This document shows positions 1-9,559 of a DNA stretch of 23,302 bases, in pieces. Each line of letters opens with the position of its first letter. Position 1 is the stretch's first letter. Made by a program: the position numbers and the translations under genes. Location: contig MU271350.1 in NCBI GenBank assembly GCA_021432655.1, positions 62,001 to 85,302 on the forward strand, written 5' to 3'. The notes under the pieces were generated by a model. That model was given only the letters and a program-made list of their open reading frames with translations. It was not told where the DNA came from and ran no database searches. Origin of the DNA: Atractiella rhizophila. Its lineage: Eukaryota.

Positions 1-2306
1 AAGGTCTTCGACGGCATCTTATCTGCCAGACTCACCTTCCATGCTGATAGCAAGAGGGCGCTCCCGACTCACCACTTTGGGGCTAGGCCGGGTCGTTCCA
101 CCAACGACGCTTTAATCACAGTCACGGAATACATTAGGGAGGGCTGGAGAAAAGGACTAGTTACAGCCTCAGTTTCGCTCGATGTTAAAGGAGCGTTTCC
201 AACAGTAGTGCACCAGCGTCTCATCAGCAACTTGAAGAAAAGAGCTGTCCGGAAACAAAAGTAGAGCTGATCGAATCCTGGCTGAAAGGAAGAGAAACAA
301 CCTACAACTTGAACGGCTATACATCCAACCCTTACAAATTGGCAATAGGACTTGCCCAAGGATCCCCACTCTCTCCGATTCTGTACCTTTTTTATAATGC
401 TGATCTTTTGGAAATACAGGCACCAGGGGTGGACTCGCTCAAATGCGGATTCGTAGATGACATCCACATGAACGCCCGTGCAACTAACCCTTCCGAGGCC
501 ATTGCTACACTCGAGGTGATTCTCGATAAAGCAATGACCTGGAGTGAGAAGCATGGTGCGATATTTGAGGAGGCGAAAACAGACTTTGTCCTTTACGGTA
601 AACGTAAGAAGATGAAGTCTCGATTTGGCCAACTCACCATTCGTGTTGGATCTACGACGATATCGCAGTCGTCTGAGATGAAATACTTGGGAGTGCTCCT
701 TGACTCCAGGTTAAGTTTCAACTCTCACCTAAAGGCGATTGAGACGAAGGCGAAGAAATCGTTATCCCTCCTGGCAACACCCTCCAACACTACGAGGGGC
801 ATCCCCCTCCGATTGTATCGGCGCCTCTATGAGGCTACAACATGCGCAATGACGGACAACAACGCCATCATATGGCACCATCTAGGGAAGAAAAGTGGAG
901 GAGCCTCAAGACTCGAGGCAGTGCAACGATACGCTCAACGACTTATGCTGGGAGCTTTCCGCACCACTCCCACATCCGCCCTATCACACGACTCCAATCT
1001 CCCCCCAACAGTGGCGAGGCTGGACAAAGTTGTCTCACGAGCCACAGTCAGATTACTAGCACTTTCTAGAGACAACACAGCAGGCAACCTGACGAGCTCA
1101 TTCCACCAATCCCAAACACCGAAAAAGCACCTTTCCCCCCTGATCACATTTTCAAAGCCAACAACATCAGATTTCCAGACGACCTAGAAATCATCCCAAC
1201 CTTCACAGTGCACCCAGGACACACCCCTCCATTCGACACCTTCATTGCAGATTCAAAGGAAGAAGCGACTAAGCACTTCCATGACCTCAAAAACGAAGAA
1301 GACGAATACTGGATTTTCACGGACGGCTCACGAACTGAGGACGGGGTGGCATTTGGACTGGCAATCACCAATCCGGAAACTATGGCAGGCTACAGGATAG
1401 GAGAATGCGACGAAAACACGGTGTTCGAGGCTGAATTGCTTGGGATAGAGCGTGGCTTGGCATTGAGCCTCGCACTCAATGATCAGCGGGGACTACGATC
1501 CATCGGTCCGTATCTTCACGGATTCACAAGCCGCTATCAAAAACCTAGCAAAAAAACCAAAGAGTAAACCCGGTATAGGAATCGTCCTGAACATCCTCTC
1601 CCTCGCCGCCAAACACCGACGCCTTAATCCTCTATGCGGAATCCACATACACTGGATACCGGGCCACACCAAAATCAAAGGCAACGATCTGGCAGACAAG
1701 GCAGCAAACAGAGCCACAGATGGGAAGAAAGCTATTGGTCGAGTGAAAATTCCCAAGAGCCCATCAGCCATCCGCGCTACCCTCAGCATCTCCAGATTCA
1801 ACAACGGATACACTGTCTCCCGAGACTCAGGCTGTCATCACCGTTCACTTGCCTCAAGGCTGTCACCAGAGCAAACATATGCCATGCTGTCGGAAATGAC
1901 ACGAGCTCAGGCATCCATCTTCATCCAGCTACGTTCGGGTCATGTCGCCAATAACAACTACCTGAATCGGATAGGAATCAAGGATGACCCGGGTTGCGAG
2001 TACTGTGGCATGCGAGACACGGTGACGCATCTCTTCTTTGAATGCGAGGAACACGAGGAGGAAAGGAAAAAACTAAGGGAGAGGCTGAGAAAGAAGGACG
2101 TCCGGTTCAGATCACTCAGTGACGTCCTGAGTGAACCGGAGGCAGTTCAAGCGGTCTGGGAATTCATTAGAAAGAGCGGTAAGTTCAAGCTTTGGATTGG
2201 ACGGGCGCAGCGAGTCCTGGACAGGAGGAAGGCGAAGAGAAAGGAAACGGCGAAAGGAAAGGAGGAAGAAGAAGCAGAAAAACAACGCGAGGACTGGGAA
2301 GACTGA
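1..2306 (+). mobile_element. Non-LTR retrotransposon (LINE, Tad1/I-like), 3' part; begins before the window
   Basis: Continuous RT - RNase H - CCHC knuckle pol architecture typical of fungal Tad1/I-group LINEs. No LTR or integrase. No clear poly(A) or repeat tail after the stop at 2306. Confidence 0.93.
1..2306 (+). pseudogene. LINE ORF2 (reverse transcriptase, RNase H, zinc knuckle), frameshifted at ~249, ~1140 and ~1475
   Basis: Frame 1 from nt 1 reads KVFDGILSARL...HFGARPGRST...SLDVKGAFPTV. ORF 309-1187 has GLAQGSPLSPILY, GFVDDI (catalytic xxDD) and KYLGVLLD. RNase H motifs: IFTDGS, VFEAELLGI, IFTDSQAA, HWIPGH, GNDLADKAA. C-terminal QLRSGH and CEYC-x7-H-x4-C. Confidence 0.92.
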
Positions 2307-2885
2307 ATGCAATAAGTTACGTATCATCTCAACCGGTACTATATCTGAGGTACTTGTTTTAGGCCATACACCATCGGGGATGTCAACTACTTCCAATCCC
2401 TTTACACGAAGGAATATTAGGGCGAAAGATACATCACGTAGTGGCTTTATAAAGGACTCTTTCATTTAAACCATTTAGCCATCGCGACTTAGAGATCCAC
2501 CTTACAGTTCTTCATATTTTCAGGCACTGTTCCTTTGATGGGGAGTCATGGGGTCTTACTTTATCCTTTTTCCAGCGAGCTAATCATATAGATTTCTATC
2601 TTCTCAGGACAACATTCACCGTTAACATTTACATACTTTCTTTGATCACCACCCCATACATGTAGAGCTCCGTTGACTATAGTCTTTATGCTCTCTAATA
2701 TGATCACAACAACAACACAACAATCCTCTTTTTCGCACGAGCTCGAACAGGAGGATAAGGCGTAGAAGAGGCTCTGGTGGATCTTATGACATTGGAAGAA
2801 GGAATTGGATGGGAAGAACTCGACTTGGAAGTCCCCGAACACGAGGTGTTGATGGACATAATGCATCTGGGTCTCAGTCGAGGTA

Positions 2886-4880
2886 ATGTCAGCCTTTTCT
2901 GTGTTGCGAAGAGAAGTTCTAATGCTTCCCTTCTTCTGGTGCATGCACTCCAAGTTGTGCATGCGCAAAGTCCAAACAAACTTGTATTTTCGTTGTGGCC
3001 GAAGATTGACGACGACGCAGCCTGCTCCAGACTCTCTCGCCTTAGAAACTCTGCAACCCTCTCAATTTCATGCTCGAATAACGCCCTGCAGCAACCCTCT
3101 TAGAGATATTTGCAACATGATCACCCCAGAAGACGCTTCCTTTATCGACTACATCCAAATTGCCACTCGACGCGACCTCTCTTCAAATCCTTACGTGCAG
3201 GAGCTGGAATCCAAGGTGTTTGATCTAGATACATCTTTGGAGAGAGAAAGAATAGACAAAGAGAAGTGGAAGAAGTTCTACACGGAGAAGAATGAGGAAG
3301 TGGAACGGTTGCAGCTGGAACTCGAGAAGATTAGAAAACCTCCCCCGCCGTCTGCAAACTCGACTGCACAAATTCGCATCAAAGGCACCCCTGTCTTGTC
3401 CACCGATCCTGTCGCTGATTCAGATACAAAGGACTGGGTCACGAAGCCAGTACGACCCTACAGATCCTTTATCGATGAAAAAGAGGCTGAGAGGCTCCAG
3501 GTCTTTTGGGAACGTAAGCACGCTGTAGCTGCAACCCGTACTGGCGCTCAGAACAACCTCCTCGATCCATTGCGAGTTCTGCGGCAGCTTGTCTTCGACG
3601 AATTGGATGATACCGTCACTGGCTCGATACCACTATCAAAGGGAACTGCCGATGTTATCCGAAACGACGCTACTGTCTACGTCAGATCCTACCTGGACAC
3701 GTCGAGGTCAATCAAGAACCAGGAAGGAATCTGCAAGACTACCTACCTTCCCAACATACTGCGCAGGCTTGAAGATGACTACAGCTCGGTACTTCGTCCC
3801 GGAAAGAACGACTGGATGGCTCGCATATTTGTCACAGCAGTTCTTAGAAATGCGAGCGGAAGCAATCATGACGATGACGACAAAACTCCTTGTGGTGTTG
3901 GCGGAGATCAAGATAGCGGGGGAACTCTAGCTCTTAAGGAAGCACCGAAGAGAAAGGGCGGTATTGATGGTGTGAAGAGGTTGAATGAGAAGAGAAAGAG
4001 AGTGGAAAGCTTCGACGGAGAACAAGGTATGCACCTTTTATCGTGGATATGACCGGGTTTGAGATTGGGTGCAGGGAGCGGAGGACATGCTTTGAGCAGC
4101 GGGACAATGGTCCCAGTTATCGGGAACAGAAATGGGAAGAAGTCTACAGCAATGGTGTGTCATTTCTTCTTGACCTCCAAATAGTACTTTGTGTTTTATG
4201 CAGGCAGACCTACCCATTGATCCCTTAAGAGAGAAGAGGATTAATCAGAATCCGGTGGCTACGGAGCAGAAAGATCTGCCTGGCACATCTAACACCATTC
4301 CTGCCGTAATTAGTTTGTGTTCCCCATCCATGTCAGATCCACAACTAACCATAGCTAGATGAGCTTCGAGCCATGGTTGTTGACCATGACAATCTCACAA
4401 ATCTCGATGTACTGGCCACGTTTATCGTCGAAGGAGTATTGCCCCCGTGGCATGCCGATTCCCACTCCGGTGCAGGCGAGACCGTCGCGAATGCAGCCAC
4501 CAAACGCCTTCTCAAATCAATCACACAAGCGGAATACGACATTAATCTCCCAATCGAAGCTGACGAGGACGATTACAGCTCTGAAGATCTGCAGAACAGC
4601 GCTCGAGGGGATATGTTGGGCCACAATAGCCTCGGAGAAGATACCCTTTTTCGCTTAAAGAGATGGGAGAACGTTGGCTCGCGAGATGCAATTGGGGAAT
4701 TGCTGAGAGTCATCGTACGAGGTGCACATGTCGCACGACGGTTAGGCAGGCGGTGGAAGAATGCACATCCTGATTGGGAGGAGACGACGCCAACGTTGTT
4801 GAGTTTTACCTGCATAGGAAGACTTGCGGAGAGTCTGGCCGATGCTTGGCTAGAAGGCGGTGGCAGCAATTCCGTAATCG
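2886..4880 (+). CDS. Spliced hypothetical protein with coiled coil; 3' end abuts or is cut by the pogo fragment
   Basis: Exon from 2886 (or ATG 3117) to 4026, then 4075-4154, 4204-4305 and 4355 onward. GT-AG introns 4027-4074, 4155-4203 and 4306-4354 (CTAAC branch at 4345) all keep the frame and join ORF 2886-4052 to ORF 4373-5029. Heptad E/K-rich segment VQELESKVFDL...LQLELEKI. Family not recognised. Confidence 0.65.
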
Positions 4881-5882
4881 TGAGTGCGGGATGGTGCAGA
4901 AAGCGAGGACATTGTGAGCTGGTGCGTACTCCAAGAACTCGATCATCTGATGTGAGCCGTGGCCATCCATCACTAGCAACTGCCATTCCTCAGGATCCAA
5001 AGGTTGTGTTTCCTCCTCCCAAATTGTAAGCCATGCGACACCTTCCTTCTCATCTGTCCATCCGCTCGGAGTGTTACTGTATGTTGCCCCAGGGACCGGA
5101 TTATCAACCCAAGAAGACATGAAGTTGTGGCCTGCCAAAATAATGTAGGGACTGCTGCTTTGTCCTTCCACACTGACACATTCAATGACTGTAATCCATT
5201 CCCTATTCCCATCTTTTCAGGCCCCACATAAGCTGGTCATGTTGCAGAATAGAATCAGGACCACACACCTTGAACATACTGAATGTCTCCAACCTCCCTC
5301 CTCCTTCTTACCACAACATGTTCTTTCTGGGCAACTCCAATCATAAAACCTTTCTCATCAAAATTATTTTGATCCCATAGTCTTGACAAGTCCTTGAGAG
5401 TTCCTGATACCATTTCTCAATCTCATCCGCTGAAAATGCAACTCTTTCTTTCCCAATCTGATGAACTTTACGATTTCTAAAATCTGGATGGCGAGACATA
5501 AAAGCATGGTACCATACATTTCCAGGAAGAGTCGATTCAAGAGCATGAGGATACTTTTTGACGAAGATTTTCTTTGCAATGGAGATAATGTGGGATTTGG
5601 TAACGGGGAAAAAAAGGTCAAAAGATCGATCACAGATGTTGAGAATGCTGGTCTCTTCCTCCGGCGTAAGTTTCTGTCGAGAACGCATCTCTTCACTTCT
5701 TGATTTTGCACCGTTGAGCCTCCCGGCCAAGCTGGTGCGAGGGACAACCGAAACGCTTCGCAACCGCCGTAATGTTGATACATGATGCTTCGTTTCAGTT
5801 CTCGTGCGTACGTTTCGGCAGCATTTAGAATCATTTCCCGTGACTTAGGTGAGGGCTCGGATGGTTTTTTAGGATGTGTCAT
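4881..5882 (-). mobile_element. Truncated pogo/Fot1-type (Tc1/mariner superfamily) transposase: HTH, CENP-B HTH, partial DDE_1
   Basis: VPRTSLAGRLNG and QKLTPEEE...GNVWYHAFMSRHP (CENP-B-type HTH). NFDEKGF (first Asp, 5357-5359). Intron 5213-5268 restores QDGNREWITVIECVS. SGWTD and LLVMDGHGSH (second Asp, 4965-4967). Homology stops at FCTIPHS (~4881), before the expected QPLD motif. Frameshifts near 5365 and ~5780. Confidence 0.9.
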
Positions 5883-6261
5883 GCTGTTGACGAGGGTGAG
5901 GAGGGTTTTGAAAAAGTTGTTTGGAAGCAGACGCGCGTTGCACCCGTTGACGTAATGGTCAAATTAAGATTCACGGTTGACCATGAAGCGGAATTTCACA
6001 CTGGCAAACACCATTTCCTGCTGAATATGGCTGCAATTGTGCCTCAATTTTTAAGAAAACTGGTCATTGTGTTGGCAGGAGTCAAGGTACTGACATGTTG
6101 TAGATTATCAATTCTATGAGAGTGTAGTCTTGAAAATTATATTTTGGTGTTTCAAATTACAAAGTTGTGACGCTTGTCCCCAACCTCCCGTTATGGGACA
6201 ATGAGCCAATACTTCCGACTTACGCTCACTCTGGGTTGGGAAGGGGCATTGTTGGAAAGAT

Positions 6262-7380
6262 TTGCCACAAGAAACCCGCTCAGCACTCAAGCGTGAATTT
6301 CTCTACACAACGGTGGATCAAATTGAGAGCTTAATGCCTCCGCCAACATTGACCCTTCAACAACTTCACAATCTACCCCTCCCTCAGAGATCTAGTACTC
6401 GGCGAATCTACCTATCAACGCCTCCTAACCTTGTCCCTGCCAGTCATAAGGACGTCTGCAACAATTTCTTTCACAATATCCCTGCCAACGATGGCAGTTT
6501 GTGGAACCAGTTGCAGCGGGAGGCCCTGCAGTCTCGTCTGGACGGAGCGACGTCTGTTAGTGCACCAGGCTCTCTCATCCACTTTCCGGTGTGGATTCTC
6601 GAATCTGGCGCCGATGGCAATACTCCAGTGGTCACCTTCAGGTTTGCGAGAAGTTGAGAAAGATCCTACAATGGAGCGATGGGGAATTAGATCGGCAAGA
6701 AAAGATGCACTCGACTCAATACTCCGATCCACCGCCTGGAAACAAGACTGGCTTGCTTTCAAGCTGACCGACCATTCATTCGATACTCTTCGAGTCTGCA
6801 GGACTCTTGGGAAAGAGTGGTATTCGGATGCCAACCTTGATTTCCTGATAGAAGCTTTCTCCAGGAATTTTCTTCATCCAAATCCTGCCATGGTACATTG
6901 TTTTATTGCTTCATGTTCTTTGTGGACCCATATCTTTGATTCCTTTTGTTTTGGCTGGGGATGTTATCAGTTTCATTCTGATTATTATGGCAATCTATCA
7001 AAAAGTGGTGCATGCACATTTTTATCTTTCCAGTCAATCAGCAGTTGAATAATTTGCATTGGATTCATATTACCATCTCAACCGTTCATCGTACTATTTT
7101 CATGTCAAATTCCATGGATATCACCCCATCTGATGCATATGTCAAAGAATCCGTTCAAGCTATACAGTTATGGTTATCAGAGTTTCTACCTTTTACATTT
7201 ATGGTTAATTTTAATGCTCTCATTATTCCTTCATTTGTGATCAATTCAATATTTCATCTTTTTGCTCCAATCGGCATTCCTATTATTCAAGATCAAGATC
7301 AGAACAGGTGGCGGTTACAACTTACTCGTATGCTGGTGGATTTCAATGGATCTGTAAGTGTTATGTCCAATTGTAAGTAA
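6262..7380 (+). pseudogene. Degenerate Ulp1/SENP-like (C48) cysteine protease domain, probably transposon cargo
   Basis: Across three frames: TLGKEWYSDANLD (W-x2-D motif), IFIFPVN...LHWIHITI (His, 7057-7059), IFMSNSM (Asp position reads Asn) and ...INSIFH...QNRWRLQL. No Q-x-[DN]-x2-[DS]CG catalytic Cys segment is visible. Confidence 0.6.
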
Positions 7381-7961
7381 TGCTGATTACGGTTTGGAAG
7401 CAGCGCGCAATGAAGCACGAAAAAATTATGCTTATCGGAAGAAGTGGATTCTCAAGTATTGTGCCCACGGCATCACAGGATGTTCCTGTATATGATGTTC
7501 CACCTGGCTTGCAATGCAGACAGCATTGCCAGACAATCACTCTTGTACCCGTCTTTCTGTCAACGAAATCTGTTCCTCAGGATTCCCTCAATCTCTTGCT
7601 TGCAGCTTGCCTTCAAGGCGAAGTTAATGATTCAGAAATATTTGACGATGTAGAAGACGACAGAACCATGCATCCAGACTTGGACGGCGATGTGTACCTA
7701 CAGCTTTCAACCAACTCAACCCCTTTGCCAAGTTCAACAGCACCCTTGAAGAATGCTTTCGATCTCCTTCAACAAGCAAATTTCCAGGATGTTCGGTTAT
7801 CCCCCCAAAAAAGAACAAGCTTGCAACCAGAGCGAAAAAAGAAATCAAACGGAATAGAAAATAAGTTGGAGAGTTCTATGCCCAATAAAAGAGTTGGGGC
7901 CCGCAAACATTTCTGGGTTGTTGGAAAGAATGATCGCTGGACATTCGATCAGCATGACAAG
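7380..7961 (+). CDS. Linker ORF of unknown function whose 3' end reads in frame into the integrase-like transposase
   Basis: 196-aa ORF with acidic, S/P-rich and basic (ERKKKS) patches. Preceded by a GTAAGT donor at 7354 and ends at ...FDQHDK|gtcagt. Confidence 0.4.
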
Positions 7962-8375
7962 GTCAGTTAAATATCCATAGTCCTTAGGGTTAATTAAGGC
8001 TGACTAGTACCTTTATGTATGGAGCTGAAACGATTCAGTATCCGTTTTCATGTTGGAATTGAGCCATATTCTGGTAAGATAATGTGGCTGAGAGTTGGAG
8101 GTTCCAACCATCCTCGATTTATTGCCAGCTATTACTTCGACTGTGTGCGCACTACTGATCCGAACCGCAAGAGTGTGCCTCTTCTTTATTTTGCAACTCC
8201 AAAATTAAAAGATGTTTCAGTTATTTCTACAGGAACACAATCTGATCGAGGTACAGACAATCATGGTATTTGCAATTCCCAGACCTTGATGCGACGAATA
8301 ATGGAAAACAATGGGTCTGAAGGACCCCTGATCTTATATCACAAGTTTCTTTTTGGCCATGGAAATAGAGAGTAG
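7890..8375 (+). mobile_element. Truncated integrase-core (rve-fold) DDE transposase, IS3EU-like
   Basis: RKHFWVVGKNDRWTFDQHDK|LKRFSIRFHVGIEPYSGKIMWLRV...SNHPRFIASYY...TQSDRGTDNHGI matches the G-x-N-x2-W-x2-D-x-HDKLK...SD-x-G-x-[ED]N pattern. Asp at 7947-7949 and 8244-8246. Intron from 7962 (acceptor ~8024, non-ideal). Stops at GHGNRE*, before the usual catalytic-Glu helix. Confidence 0.72.
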
Positions 8376-8723
8376 TCATGATGGAAGCGATGATGAAAGT
8401 ACTGATTTTTGGGAATAATGTGAACAGTAAAGATGTGTTTAAAAAAAATACTTGGAGTAATAAAGCAAGCGACCTATTACCATAATTGTACGATGCCTCG
8501 CCTTTGCCTGTATGATGACTTTGTAACTTTATCGTCCAGTTCAATAGTCATTTTTCTATCAGAATCCTGTTGGAGGAGCAAGCAAATAGAGTAGCAAACT
8601 GTAAGATTGAGCATATATTCTCTCGGTACTTGATGAGACAAGTATTGGATAAGGAGAGCATTGGAATCACATCACAAGAAAGTTAGACTACAACTCTCTA
8701 ACCTTATCACCTGATAAAGCAAC

Positions 8724-9559
8724 CTATATCTTGTTCATATACCATGGGAACGAATCCTCAATTGCCTTTCCATCCCATCCAGGAGCTTCAATTACATCAA
8801 TCTTGGTCTGGAACCAATGAACTTTGCATAGAAGATGTTCCACATTGGCAGGAGAAGGCTCAAACCATGTTCTGACTTTAGGAGAGAGGCCATTTTCCGA
8901 ACGCAAGTATTGAACGATAAAAGTGAATAGATCGCCTAAATCCACATTAAGTCCTTCAGGCAGAAGTTGTCGCAGCATATCTCGTGAGCCTGGTGTAGTA
9001 TTGTTAGGAGAAGACATTAGAGTAGCCAGATCGTTAATTTCTGCTTGCTGATAGAACCCAAGATCGGCTAAATCATGACACAGATGCAGCGGACTTAGTC
9101 CTGATCCAAAAGGCGGGATATCCAGTGAGCGTATCCAGTGTTTCATGATCTTCCAACTAGGCAAATCGGTAGAGGAATTCTGAGGTCGTTTGTCCCAGTG
9201 GAGGCTCGCTGTCCAAGTCTTCTGCACCTGTTCAGGAAATCCCCTGTGTCCTCCTCCCGACATGTTTGACTATAAATTGAAGGATTTGAATAATTCTCCT
9301 GATAGCAACCATAGGCATCAGTTTTGACCCAGTCTTGAACCGCCCTCAGTACATCATCAACTGATTCAAAGGGTTCAGGATGGGAATCGAGAAAGTGACG
9401 GGTAAAATGACCCTGTCCAGTTCCTCGGAGGAATAGAAGGTTGAAAAAGAATAAGGGGGAAGACCTCTTCAAAACACTCAAGCATGTATGGAATATGAGA
9501 GCCTGGGCATTCCCACTTCTCTTCAGTTGATACCAATCGGGATTAGATGCAATCGGCAT
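8724..9559 (-). other. Helical HhH-glycosylase-like domain resembling aG/P-T pyrophosphorylase / amino-acid:DNA transferase
   Basis: IPPFGSGLSPLHLCHDLADLG (HhH-like hairpin followed by DL), PGSRDML (position of the G-A-x2-G-L motif) and NVEHLLCKV (E-x2-LC motif, 8823-8840). Confidence 0.58.

Noticed and set aside
69..2469. Antisense and alternate-frame ORFs over the LINE (69-632, 1493-1813, 2131-2469 etc.)
   Set aside because: Shadows of the pol coding strand with no motifs.
5955..6003. Possible pogo terminus (CAGTG on the minus strand at ~6003; ATGGTCAA/TTGACCAT inverted pair)
   Set aside because: No flanking TA target site and no partner TIR in the window.
8400..8720. Extra 3' exons of the fusion gene (e.g. 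cag|DSDRKMTIELDDKV...)
   Set aside because: Plausible splice sites exist, but I could not establish a consistent phase. Needs cDNA.
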